64,000 bases of DNA from Sandaracinaceae bacterium (GCA_017881055.1 JADGRF010000016.1:1873-65872); one strand, 5' to 3'; counted from the first letter of the stretch, positions 54,889 through 64,000 are shown. Notes: generated by a model not told the origin, from the sequence alone. Numbers and translations are program-made.

Positions 54889-56589
54889 GTGAGCTCGTCG
54901 AAACTCCGTAAAGATGCACGCGCCGCCGTTTCCCTGGTGGCCCGCTATCGCAGCCCGGCGACCTTCGAGTACGTCGACGAGGAGTGCTACGACCTTTCGG
55001 CCGGGGGCATGTTCATCAAGTCGTCGGCGCCGGCCGCTGCCGGCACGCTGCTGAAGCTCGAGTGCGAGGCCGACGGGGGGGGCAAGATCCGCGGCGTCGC
55101 GCGCGTCGTCTGGCTGCGCCGCACCGACAGCGACCACGGCCCAGGCGGCATGGGCGTGAAGTTCGTGAAGCTCGAAGGCAAGAGCCGCAGCATGATCGAG
55201 CAGCTCGTCGCACGCATGAGCGAAGCGGGGCACCTCGCTCCGAGTATGAGCATTCCGCCGGAAGCGCGCGAGCCGAGCGCGACAGACGCGAAGCCTGAAG
55301 TCGTCGCAGAGGTCGTTACCACGGCACCTGCGGCCGCGAGCGTAGTCGCACCCATACTTGCTGCGACACCTGCCGTGAGCGGCGCGCCGAGCGTGCGCGA
55401 AGCCGCGATCGTGCGTGCGGAGCTCGTGCCTGAAGGGGCCGACTTCGGCGGCGAGAAGACGCCGGGAGCCGACGCAGCGGGCACCGAGGTAGACCCCATC
55501 ACCGGAAGCATCCGGCCGAAGAGCCATGCGTGGAAAGTCTGGGCCTGGACGATCGCAGGTGCCGTCGCGTTCTTCGCGATCGCGTCGTCGGAGTGGTTCC
55601 TCGGCGAAGGCGGCGGCGAGCCAGAAGACGTGCCGCTGCCGCCAATGGCTGCGCAGAACGAAACCAAGCTCGGGCTGTCACCGAGCGAGGCCAGGGTGGC
55701 CGCGCCGGTGGCCGCAGCGCATTCGGCGGCCAAGCCTGGGAGTCCAGCAGCCAACGTGCCTGTCGCACCGCCGGCGCCGTTGGAACCGACGACGCCAGCG
55801 CCCGAGCCACCCGCCGCGGCGCTACCCGCCGCCGAGCCAACGCCCGTGCCGCCCGCATCAACACCCGCGCCTCGCGCCCGAGCCCCGGCCGCGCGGACGG
55901 CGCCAGCTGCCGGCACCGAGTACGTGATCGACATCATCTCGAACCCGACGGGTGCCACGGTGCGCGTGGCCGACAAAACGGTGACCGCGCCGGCGCGCGC
56001 GAGTCTCGGCGCGTTCCCGCAGCGCGTTCGCGTTGCTGCCGAGAAAGACGGCTACCAGCCTGCCTTGATCTGGGTCGAGCGCACCGGCTTCAGCCCGGAC
56101 AACGGCGTGCAGACGCGGCGCGTGTTCATCACCCTGAAGCCCAGCGGCGTTGCCGCCGTCAGCGGCAAGCCTGTGCAGCCGTCAGCTGCCACCGTCACGC
56201 CGCCCGCACCGGAGCGGAAGCCTGCTGCGGCACCCGTAGCGAACGCGCCACCTGCACCGAAGCCTGCACCGAAGCCTGCACCGAAGCCTGCAGCGGAGCC
56301 CAAGCCCGCAGCAACCAAAGGCAGACCGATGGAGATCGCGACAGCGTGTCTCGCCCAAGGCGACAACACCTGTGTAATCCAAGCACTCGACGGCAAGGCC
56401 AAGACCGCGCGCGAATACGAGCTGCTGATCGAGACGCTGCGCGCCATCGGACGCTCGAAGGATGCCCAGTCGTACATGGCTGCCTACGTGAAGCGTTTCC
56501 CGGACGAGCGTCGCGCCACTTCGTACCGCCGCACGCTGGAGCTCCAGGCCAACACGGCCCCGAGGCCAGCCGACCCGCCCGCCAACTGA
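54889..56589 (+). CDS. PilZ domain - TM helix - Pro/Ala-rich linker - PEGA-like domain - TPR-like tail protein
   Basis: GTG start. Canonical PilZ RKDAR ... DLSAGGMFI ... GMGVKF. TM helix WKVWAWTIAGAVAFFAIA. PEGA-like YVIDIISNPTGATVRVADK. (PKPA)x3 comes from a 12-bp tandem repeat. Confidence 0.8.
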   Translation: MSSSKLRKDARAAVSLVARYRSPATFEYVDEECYDLSAGGMFIKSSAPAAAGTLLKLECEADGGGKIRGVARVVWLRRTDSDHGPGGMGVKFVKLEGKSRSMIEQLVARMSEAGHLAPSMSIPPEAREPSATDAKPEVVAEVVTTAPAAASVVAPILAATPAVSGAPSVREAAIVRAELVPEGADFGGEKTPGADAAGTEVDPITGSIRPKSHAWKVWAWTIAGAVAFFAIASSEWFLGEGGGEPEDVPLPPMAAQNETKLGLSPSEARVAAPVAAAHSAAKPGSPAANVPVAPPAPLEPTTPAPEPPAAALPAAEPTPVPPASTPAPRARAPAARTAPAAGTEYVIDIISNPTGATVRVADKTVTAPARASLGAFPQRVRVAAEKDGYQPALIWVERTGFSPDNGVQTRRVFITLKPSGVAAVSGKPVQPSAATVTPPAPERKPAAAPVANAPPAPKPAPKPAPKPAAEPKPAATKGRPMEIATACLAQGDNTCVIQALDGKAKTAREYELLIETLRAIGRSKDAQSYMAAYVKRFPDERRATSYRRTLELQANTAPRPADPPAN

Positions 56590-56675
56590 CCGCGCGACCG
56601 CCGCCCCAGAACGACGCTCCGGGCCTGGCGTAAAACCTGGAATCGACTAGTAGTGACAGAGTCGACGGCCGGAAA

Positions 56676-56855
56676 CTAAACAGGAACGCATGGGCTGTGA
56701 GATACGAGCGAGGCGCCTTGTCTTCGGGCCGTGCAAGCACGACCCGCAAACCGCGTTTCGAGGAGCGCGCGCAGGCTACTCCTGTAGCTGAGCACGCACC
56801 GGAGAAAGCGAAGGCGGATCGCGACGTGGATCGCAGCCCAGGCGTTCCTGTTTAG
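56676..56855. repeat. Palindromic intergenic element, copy C
   Basis: Terminal inverted repeats CTAAACAGGAACGC ... GCGTTCCTGTTTAG. Shares with copy A the blocks GCATGGG, GTGAG, CGAGCGAGGCGCCTT, CGAGGAGCGCGC, GAGCACGCACCG, AAGCGAAGGCGGATCGCGA, GTGGATCGC and GCCCAGGCG, in the same order. Confidence 0.75.
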
Positions 56856-56883
56856 CTGGACCGTCGCGCTTGCTCGAGTAATC

Positions 56884-58383
56884 GTGACACCTCCCCCCTC
56901 CCCACACGAGCATGAGAATCCGCCCGGGCCCGAGTCGTTCGTTCCGGTGGACGCGGCCAGGGAATCCGCGCGTCCTGGCCGTTCCGGCGTGAGCCAGAGC
57001 ACGCGCGAGATCATCGCGCTCACCTGGCCGGTCGTGCTCGGCCAGATCATGGCGAACGCGGTGCCGCTGATCGACATCGTGATGCTCGGCAAGCTCGGAA
57101 CGCCCACGCTCGCCGCAGTCGGCTACGCCTCGCAGTTCTTGATGCTCGCACAAGCCTCGCTGATGGCCATCGGCTCGGCCTGCGTGGCCATGATGGCACG
57201 CGCGATCGGTGCGCGGGACCCGGTCCATGCGCGACAAGCCTTCGGCGCGAACCTGTGGTTGGCGCTCGGAGTCACTGCGCTCTTCTGCGCCATCACGATT
57301 CCGTTCCCCCACCAGCTGCTGCACCTCTTGGCGGTGAAAGAAGAAGTGATCGACCTGGCCGTGCCGTACTTCCGGCTCACGATCGCGTCGTCGTTACCGA
57401 TGGCGCTCGCGCTCACGTACGAGCACGCGTTTCGCGCCGCGAAAAACACGATCGTACCGATGGTGATCGCGTCGCTCGTGTCGGTGCTGAAAGTCGTCTG
57501 CAACTACTACCTCATCTTCGGGCACTCGGGCTTTCCGCAGCTGGGCCTCGCAGGCGCAGGCATCGCCACGCTGGTCTCACAGAGCGTGGCGGTCGTGCTT
57601 TTCTTGGTCGCCAGCGCTCGCGCGCGTGCCACGCAGCCCGGTGTGCACCTCGGCCTTGCCGACCTGCGCAGCAAGCGGGCATCGCTCAACGAAGCGTTCT
57701 ACGTGGCCTTGCCCGCGGTCGGCGAGCGCTTCGTGATGAACATCGCCATGATGGCGTACTTTCGCTTCCTCGGCGGGTACGGCGTGCACGCCGTTGCAGC
57801 ATACAACGTCGGCGTGCGCATCTTGGCCTTTACGTGGATCCCCGGGCTCGGCCTGTCCGTGGCGGCGGCAACGCTCGTCGGTCACGCGCTCGGCGCGGGC
57901 GATGCCGTGCTCGCGCGCAAGTCGGGCTGGGAGTCGATGCGCATCGGTCTCGTGATCGCGGTCGTGCTGGGCGCGTTGTTCATCACGCTGCGCGTGCCGA
58001 TGGCCAAGGTGTTCACCAACGACCCGAACGTGATCGCCGACCTCGACCCGTTCATTCTGCTGCTTGGCTGCGCGCTGCCGTTCCTGGTCACGCACTTCAC
58101 GCTGGGTGGCGCGCTGCGCGGGGCCGGCGATACGATGACGCCGCTCAAAGCAGCCGCGATCGGCAACTGGGTGTTCCGCGTTCCTCTGGGTTACCTGTTC
58201 GGGCAGGTGCTGCATCTCAACTTGTTCTGGGTTTGGCTGATCATGCTGATCGATCATCTCGCGCGCGCGATTTGGCTCGTGTGGTCGTTTCAGTTCGGCA
58301 ATTGGCACCTACGTGTGGGGACGCGCACCTCACGCAAGGTGTCGACCGCCGCGGGCGCCGCGAGCGCCGCGAGCCCGAGCTGA
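56884..58383 (+). CDS. MATE-family efflux transporter
   Basis: REIIALTWPVVLGQIMANAVPLIDIVMLGKLG and 12 predicted TM helices with internal two-fold repeat. Confidence 0.85.
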   Translation: MTPPPSPHEHENPPGPESFVPVDAARESARPGRSGVSQSTREIIALTWPVVLGQIMANAVPLIDIVMLGKLGTPTLAAVGYASQFLMLAQASLMAIGSACVAMMARAIGARDPVHARQAFGANLWLALGVTALFCAITIPFPHQLLHLLAVKEEVIDLAVPYFRLTIASSLPMALALTYEHAFRAAKNTIVPMVIASLVSVLKVVCNYYLIFGHSGFPQLGLAGAGIATLVSQSVAVVLFLVASARARATQPGVHLGLADLRSKRASLNEAFYVALPAVGERFVMNIAMMAYFRFLGGYGVHAVAAYNVGVRILAFTWIPGLGLSVAAATLVGHALGAGDAVLARKSGWESMRIGLVIAVVLGALFITLRVPMAKVFTNDPNVIADLDPFILLLGCALPFLVTHFTLGGALRGAGDTMTPLKAAAIGNWVFRVPLGYLFGQVLHLNLFWVWLIMLIDHLARAIWLVWSFQFGNWHLRVGTRTSRKVSTAAGAASAASPS

Positions 58384-58390
58384 GTTCCGT

Positions 58391-59176
58391 GTGACCGCAG
58401 CCGAATCGCTCCTCTTTTTTGAGCGGCACGCGGCGGCGCACTATTCTGCGCGCGTGGACCGCGAGTCGTTCAAAGAGGCGCTACTCGAGATCATGGAACG
58501 CAAGGTTCATTGGGCCTGGCCGGCGTTTGCCAAAGGACGCGTGCCCAAAGAGCTGTTCCACATCCACCTCGAGCAGGAATACGCCACGTACGTGCGCGAC
58601 TTTCCGGTGCTGCTCGGTTGGGCCTACGTAAGCTGTCCGATCGCCAAGGTGCGGCAGGAGCTGGCGGAAAACCTGTACGAGGAAGAGACCGGAGGCATCT
58701 CTGCCGGCCGGCCCCATCCCGAGCTGTTTCTCGAGTACCCGCGCGGCCTCGGCATGGATCTCGCGCGTTTCTCGTGCGTCGAGCTTTTGCCGAAAGCCGC
58801 TGCGTTTCGTGCCGTGCTCGACGACGCGACACGCAACCGCGGCTGGCAAGCGGCGACGGCCGTGACGACGATCTTCCTAGAAGGCACCAGCTTCGAGCGC
58901 GGCGAGATCGACGAGAGCGCGCCGAAGCGACCTGTGCCACCGCTCTCGGAGCACCCACTCGTGAAGTACTACGGTCTGCCGATCGAGGCGCTCGCGCTGA
59001 CCAAAGCACATCGCAGCGTGGAAGGTAGTCACCGCGCGGCCGCCTGGCGCGTGATCATGAACCACATCGAGGAGCCCGCGCGCCGCGGTGTCGTCGCGGC
59101 CATGCACGACGCGCTCGAGGCCTGGCAGGCTTACCGCGACGACGTGGCGCACGCGTGCGGCGTGACGCGGGTTTAA
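58391..59176 (+). CDS. Haem-oxygenase-like iron-dependent redox enzyme (PqqC/TenA/CADD-like)
   Basis: ORF 58313..59176 trimmed to GTG 58391. HLEQEYATYVRDF, LYEEETGG...HPELF, FLEGTSFE and AHRSVEGSHRAAAW (E/H ligand-type pattern). Confidence 0.65.
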   Translation: MTAAESLLFFERHAAAHYSARVDRESFKEALLEIMERKVHWAWPAFAKGRVPKELFHIHLEQEYATYVRDFPVLLGWAYVSCPIAKVRQELAENLYEEETGGISAGRPHPELFLEYPRGLGMDLARFSCVELLPKAAAFRAVLDDATRNRGWQAATAVTTIFLEGTSFERGEIDESAPKRPVPPLSEHPLVKYYGLPIEALALTKAHRSVEGSHRAAAWRVIMNHIEEPARRGVVAAMHDALEAWQAYRDDVAHACGVTRV

Positions 59177-61194
59177 TTCAACACGTCGAGATTCAACCCT
59201 CCGACGTACGCGTAGCTGACGAAGCGATCGAAGCCGTAGACGACGATACCGATCGCGAGGTTCGAGACCAGCGTGTGCACGCCATCGTTTTGCACGCCGG
59301 GCAAGACCTTGGAGTTCGGGCCGGCGGTCACCTGCGGGAACGACAGCTGGCAACGATGCGCAACCCAGTCAGCTGACGGATCTCCGGACATCTGCGCCGC
59401 GGTGGAGATCGGCGCAGTCACGCAGGTGTCAGGCATCGGCTTGCCATCGAGCCGTATCTCGGCGTCGCGGTGCGCGACGATCGTCACGAAGTCGAACCCG
59501 TAGTAGTCCGGCGTGAGGAAGATGTAGTCCTTCCGGAACTGCTCGACCGGCGGCACGGTCAAGATCGACGGATCGCCGCCGGGATACTGGCGCGGAATGC
59601 CGGTGACGCCCTGGCTCGGCAGTGCCTGCAGCACCGCGATCGCGCGATCCGAATCGATCACGAAGTCTTGATCGGCGCGCAGAATGACATCGGCGCCGGT
59701 GGCCAACGTAATCTTGTCGTGCGGCGCGGGCAGCGTGGTCGTGATGTGGGTGTCGCCTTTGCCGATACCTTGCAGGCGAATCCATTCCGGCTCGTTGACC
59801 ACCGAGATGCCGAGCGGCATGCCTGGCAGCGCGGCGGCCGCGAGCGCGCGTGTGCGCGGTGGCATGCGCGCGATCACGAAGTGACTGCCAGCGCTGACGT
59901 CCGGGATCAGCTGTGCCTCGAGATGATCCGCGCAGCACTGACGCGTCTCGTACGTGCCGAAGATCGGTACATCGGAGGCTTCGCTGCCGACGAACACGGT
60001 CACGGGCTTGCTCGTGCGCACGTGCGAGCCGGTGAAGTCCGCGTTGAAGCCGCCGGTCTCGAGGTTCACCACGTCGAACGGACCGATGTCGAGGTCGACG
60101 CTACCGCCCGGGCCCGCGGCTGGGATCGGTCCGCCTCCGACCACGGCCACGACCTTCTGGCCGTAGTCGACATGCATGTGCGTGCCGCTGCTGACGCCCA
60201 CGATCGTCAGAAACGCGCGCAGATCTTCGTTGCTCGAGGTGTGATCGAAGTCCTTGGCGGGGTCCGACGAGTTGCCGATCGTTTGCGGCCACGACACCAC
60301 GCTGTAGTCGGAGCCGAGCGCGGACACGGGCAGCAAGAGCGACGCGTCGTTCGAGAACACGCCGACGTTCTGCAGCGGGTTGAACTGATACGCGGTGATC
60401 GGGTGCGTCGAGAGCACGTGGTACGCGTTCGAGGTAACCGCCGTGTTGGTGCCGTTGTTGAGGCCGCCGGGCGTGGAGCCGTCCACCTCGCGCTGCGGCA
60501 GCTTGAACACCTCGAGGTCTCCCGGCGGCACGAGCTTCTCGAGCACGAGCTTCGACTTCACGGGCTTGCCGAACGGCGCGGTGTTCTCATCGATCTGGAC
60601 CCGCACCGGGACGCGCTGGGGGTTGGCGACGACCACGGCATACTGCTGCGCAGCGGCGTTGTTCATGTCGTCGATCGCGGCGTTGTCGAGATCGACCGCG
60701 TAGAATTCGCAACCCACGTACGAGCGGTTCTGCGTGGCGAGGTCGCACGCATTCACGCAGCGACCATCGTGACAGGTGTTGGCCTTGGTGATGTCGCACG
60801 TGGTTACGTCGTGCCAGACGCGCTGTGCATCGCACTTCTGCACGGTGTCGGTCGTGCACGTGGTGTCGTTCGCAGCGCAGACCTTGCAGCGCAGCTCGTC
60901 GGGCTGACACACGACGCAGCCGGTGTCCACGTCGCATACTTGGCCCTTCGCCGCGCAGGCATCCTCGACCACTTGCAGGAACTCCTCGACGCGCTTGCAC
61001 GCGTAGTGCGTGCCAGCGAGACAGGCGTGCGAGGTCTCGCGCTCGCAGGTGAAGACCGACGGACCCGCATCGACCGCGCGCGCGGTGAGCGCCGGCAATT
61101 CGATGCGCCGTGGGCCGGTGTCGCAGCCGAGCACGCAGGGCAACGCGCATGCACCAAGGCCGATCAACGCGAGCACGAGACGAGCGCGGATCAT
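59173..61194 (-). CDS. Lipoprotein with Cys-rich N-region and IgGFc-binding-protein-N-terminal-like beta-helix domain
   Basis: Lipobox LIGLGACALPCVLGCD. YVGCEFYAV..., ...LLLP and the C-terminal IGIVVYGFDRFVSYAYVGG pattern. ATG 61194 overlaps the upstream stop (ATGA). Confidence 0.65.
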   Translation of the reverse strand: MIRARLVLALIGLGACALPCVLGCDTGPRRIELPALTARAVDAGPSVFTCERETSHACLAGTHYACKRVEEFLQVVEDACAAKGQVCDVDTGCVVCQPDELRCKVCAANDTTCTTDTVQKCDAQRVWHDVTTCDITKANTCHDGRCVNACDLATQNRSYVGCEFYAVDLDNAAIDDMNNAAAQQYAVVVANPQRVPVRVQIDENTAPFGKPVKSKLVLEKLVPPGDLEVFKLPQREVDGSTPGGLNNGTNTAVTSNAYHVLSTHPITAYQFNPLQNVGVFSNDASLLLPVSALGSDYSVVSWPQTIGNSSDPAKDFDHTSSNEDLRAFLTIVGVSSGTHMHVDYGQKVVAVVGGGPIPAAGPGGSVDLDIGPFDVVNLETGGFNADFTGSHVRTSKPVTVFVGSEASDVPIFGTYETRQCCADHLEAQLIPDVSAGSHFVIARMPPRTRALAAAALPGMPLGISVVNEPEWIRLQGIGKGDTHITTTLPAPHDKITLATGADVILRADQDFVIDSDRAIAVLQALPSQGVTGIPRQYPGGDPSILTVPPVEQFRKDYIFLTPDYYGFDFVTIVAHRDAEIRLDGKPMPDTCVTAPISTAAQMSGDPSADWVAHRCQLSFPQVTAGPNSKVLPGVQNDGVHTLVSNLAIGIVVYGFDRFVSYAYVGGLNLDVLN

Positions 61195-63302
61195 GGTTGC
61201 TGCATCGTGAATTGATTGCCCGCGCTGTGCGTGAAGCGACGTGGGGTGAGATCGGCGTAGTGGAACTGGTTGTACACGAAGCTGTCGAGCCGAATGCTCG
61301 TGACGGTCCAGGAGAGCTCACCCGCGGCGACGTCGCCCACCGTCTTCGCGAGATCCGGAATCGGCGCGGCTCGCGCGTCGCCGGGCAAGACCAGGTTCCA
61401 CGCGGGATTGCCATCGCCGCCGGTGATCTCGATCCGCAGGAGGTCGGGCGTAGGGCCCGCGATCTCGAAGCGCAGCATGCGATCGCTTGGAATACGCGCA
61501 CCCGCGGCCGGCGCCACCAGCTGGGGAATCCCGAGAAAGCCCGCCAGCGCGAACGCGTCGCTGGTCTGCTTCACGCCAATGCGTGTCTGTTCCGTGTACG
61601 GCATGTCTTGGCCTTCCGTGTAGAAGCCGGCGACCAGGCCGTAGCTCGCGTCCTGCAAGGCATTCACGAATGCGGGCTGACCGATGAAGCGGAACACGCC
61701 GTCCGCTGTGTAGCGCGAGATCAAGTCGAGGTTGACGCCCGCGACCTTGCGCACGATCACGCCTTCACCGCCGAGATCCACGTAGCTCTGCACGCGATAC
61801 TGGTTCGGCGTGCCGCTGACGGCGGCAGGCAGGCCACCCAAGCTCACGGCCAGCTCGCGATCGAGCGTGATCGTCATCTGGAGGTCGACGTTCTTGGTGT
61901 CGTCGCCGGGCGATGTCACCAGGTCGCGCGCCACACCCATCGCGTACGGTGTGAAGCGACCCGTATCGGAGCGCTCGAGCCCCGCGAGCGCGTACACGGC
62001 CAGGCCTGCCGGGCGCGCGAAGATCGAGTACAGATAGCCGCGATCGCCGTGCAGCGCAGACTGCTCTTCGAGCCGTGCCATCCCGCCGCTGACGTCAGGT
62101 GGCGGATTGCCCGCCGCCAGCGACGCTTGCGTCGTGAACACGTACGCCACGCGCGCTTCGCCGGCTTTCGGCTTCGGCACGATATCCCATGGATTCACGC
62201 CAAACTCGTCGGCGCCTGGGAAGATCAGCTGCCCGGACACGGTGGAGCCCAGCTGACCGTGGCCTCCCGCGTCGGGTTTGCCTTTGTCGGCGCACGAGAA
62301 GTCGAGGATCGGCGAGAGGAACAGCGTCACGTTCTCGGCGTCGAATGAGACGATCGAGCTGCGCTCGAAGCACTTCAGCGCCGCGTGAACGGTGACCGGC
62401 GCCGTGATGTCTGCGCCGGAGAACGTGATCTTGCCGGACTTGTCGGTGAGGCCTTGGTACTTGCCCTTGGGATCGTTGCCCAGCAGCACGTACGCGCCGG
62501 GCAACACGAAGCCGCCGCCGCTGTCGATCACGCTCACGTTGAGCGTGCCGTGGATCGGATCGCCTGAAAGACCACCGCGGTTGTCGTCCGCGGTGTCGAC
62601 GTATTCGAAGGCCGCCTTCGCGCTGATCGTCTTCGTGAGTGACTTTGGAAAACGCACGAGCGCATCGACCACACCCGCGGCGTGAGCAGGCGTGCGGCAA
62701 CGAACACGGTACGGCGTGAGCACCTGCAGCTTCGTGCACGGAAGGCCATCGAGTTCGAGGCTGCCGCCCGTGGGAAACGCCGTGCCCGAAAGAGTGATCT
62801 CGACGAACGTGCCACCTGCGCTCGAGCCGCGCGCCGGATCGAACGCGAGCGCGTTGTACTGATACGCCTTGGCGAGCTTCGCGGTGTGTCCAGCGTCGGT
62901 GACGCTGACCTCGGCGAGACCGACCTTGCCGGGCGGCACGACCACTGACAAGCGCCCGGTGCCCGTCAGCGTGATCGAAGCCGGCTGAACCATCGTGCCG
63001 CCGATGCGCACGATCGCGTTCTTGTCGAAACCGCTGCCTCGCACGATCGCCGTGTTGCCGCCGGAAAACGGCCCGCTCTCGGGATCGACGCCGGTCACCC
63101 TCAAGTCGCTGCTACCGATGCCCGTCACCGGGAAACCAGGCGCTGACGCAGCCGCATCCAAACCCGAGCCCGCGTCGGCGAGCTGCGAGACGCGGTACGT
63201 CGCGCGCGAGCACGCGCACAAGCACAAGCACAAGAGCGCTCTGACAAGCGGCGCTCTGCCTATTGCTCGGGTGCGATCTGCGTTTGTACTATGAGACCGC
63301 AT
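61191..63302 (-). CDS. Lipoprotein with N-terminal IPT/TIG-like Ig-fold repeats and a large C-terminal domain of unknown function
   Basis: Lipobox LLCLCLCACS. Two IPT/TIG-like units: VTGVDPESGPFSGGNTAIVRGSGF and FDPARGSSAGGTFVEITLSGTAF. Confidence 0.65.
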   Translation of the reverse strand: MRSHSTNADRTRAIGRAPLVRALLCLCLCACSRATYRVSQLADAGSGLDAAASAPGFPVTGIGSSDLRVTGVDPESGPFSGGNTAIVRGSGFDKNAIVRIGGTMVQPASITLTGTGRLSVVVPPGKVGLAEVSVTDAGHTAKLAKAYQYNALAFDPARGSSAGGTFVEITLSGTAFPTGGSLELDGLPCTKLQVLTPYRVRCRTPAHAAGVVDALVRFPKSLTKTISAKAAFEYVDTADDNRGGLSGDPIHGTLNVSVIDSGGGFVLPGAYVLLGNDPKGKYQGLTDKSGKITFSGADITAPVTVHAALKCFERSSIVSFDAENVTLFLSPILDFSCADKGKPDAGGHGQLGSTVSGQLIFPGADEFGVNPWDIVPKPKAGEARVAYVFTTQASLAAGNPPPDVSGGMARLEEQSALHGDRGYLYSIFARPAGLAVYALAGLERSDTGRFTPYAMGVARDLVTSPGDDTKNVDLQMTITLDRELAVSLGGLPAAVSGTPNQYRVQSYVDLGGEGVIVRKVAGVNLDLISRYTADGVFRFIGQPAFVNALQDASYGLVAGFYTEGQDMPYTEQTRIGVKQTSDAFALAGFLGIPQLVAPAAGARIPSDRMLRFEIAGPTPDLLRIEITGGDGNPAWNLVLPGDARAAPIPDLAKTVGDVAAGELSWTVTSIRLDSFVYNQFHYADLTPRRFTHSAGNQFTMQQP

Positions 63303-63360
63303 CTCCGACCGCCGTTTGGAGTAGCACGGTAGTTAAGCGCACGCGGGCACCCGAGGCAAG

Positions 63361-64000
63361 ATGAAGCTCCTGCGCATCGTCGTGAGCGACCTACACCTGG
63401 GTACGGGTGTCGAGCAGGGCAAGCTCAACCCGCACGAGGACTTCTACGAGGACGACCGGTTCGCGGAGCTGATTTCGCACTACGACACGCTCGCCGGCGA
63501 AGAAGCCGAGGTGGAGCTCATCCTCAACGGCGACATCTTCGACTTGCTCAAGGTGCGCGTCGACGGCGCGTGGCCGATCGAGATCACCGAAGAAGTCGCA
63601 GTCGAGAAGCTGCGTGCCTGCCTCGAGGGGCATCCGCGCGTGGTCCGCGCGCTGCGCCGCTTCACCGCCCGCGAGCGCAGAAAGATCGTGTACCTGCCAG
63701 GCAACCACGATCTCGACATGTGTTTCCTCGAAGCGCAGGAGCTGTTCTGTCGCTACGTCGCCCCCGGTGACCTGCGCGAGCGAGTGCGCTTCGTCACGCA
63801 GACCGACACGTACTATCTGCCGGAGGGCATCCAAATTCGGCACGGGCATCAGCTGGAACGCATTCACCGCGTGGACTACGCGCGCCTGTTTCGCAAGCGC
63901 CGTGACGGCAAGCCGGTTCTGGACTTGCCGTACGGCAGCTTGTGGATCTTGGAAGTGATGAATCCGGCCAAGGAGCTCCGCAACAACGTCGACCGGATCG
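63361..64000 (+). CDS. Calcineurin-like metallophosphoesterase; 3' end runs off the window
   Basis: Not in the track because it has no stop in the window. Hand translation gives MKLLRIVVSDLHLGTG...LILNGDIFDLL...VYLPGNHD...IRHGHQ. Confidence 0.8.
   Translation, partial: MKLLRIVVSDLHLGTGVEQGKLNPHEDFYEDDRFAELISHYDTLAGEEAEVELILNGDIFDLLKVRVDGAWPIEITEEVAVEKLRACLEGHPRVVRALRRFTARERRKIVYLPGNHDLDMCFLEAQELFCRYVAPGDLRERVRFVTQTDTYYLPEGIQIRHGHQLERIHRVDYARLFRKRRDGKPVLDLPYGSLWILEVMNPAKELRNNVDRI

Overview
High-GC window (AT-richer only in a few intergenic stretches), almost certainly from a myxobacterium (Myxococcota). Evidence for that: a MYXO-CTERM-type sorting tail, many eukaryote-like Ser/Thr kinases, many lipoproteins with D/A/G-rich linkers and Cys-rich modules, and MopE-type CxxDDDCDGxxDE repeats. 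All calls come from reading the ORF track and the DNA by eye, with no database search. I support about 47 CDS (two partial at the window edges), 2 likely pseudogenes, a few hairpin terminators and several repeat families. I saw no rRNA, tRNA, CRISPR array, transposase, integrase or reverse transcriptase. Many long track ORFs are antisense or read-through shadows typical of high-GC DNA and were discarded or trimmed. Five same-strand gene pairs overlap by 4 bp (GTGA or ATGA), and I used these overlaps to set start codons.

Housekeeping genes:
- leuC-leuD behind a MarR gene
- rpoZ, tatA and an ilvE-like aminotransferase behind an IclR gene
- mak-like ROK kinase, two acyl-CoA dehydrogenases, MaoC dehydratase, TrmH methyltransferase, YceI, a TPP enzyme and a GT2 glycosyltransferase

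Loci most worth a second look:
1. A divergent KamA-type lysine 2,3-aminomutase facing a fused double ATP-grasp ligase that is translationally coupled to a GT-C membrane glycosyltransferase (5156-10372).
2. A three-gene secreted operon: vWA/MopE/MYXO-CTERM giant, FGE-domain lipoprotein and a clan-CD (legumain/caspase-like) peptidase (10562-17226).
3. A family of 146-180 bp palindromic intergenic elements, three copies, with compensatory arm changes (10418, 31496, 56676).
4. A lipoprotein with about 9 EGF-like modules, coupled to a FadL-like outer-membrane barrel (20056-23948).
5. A tandem PilZ pair that includes an unusual HTH-REC-PilZ protein behind an AT-rich leader (53332-56589).
6. An operon of unknown 557-aa protein, kinase-STAND-TPR protein and Zn-ribbon membrane protein (39047-45255).
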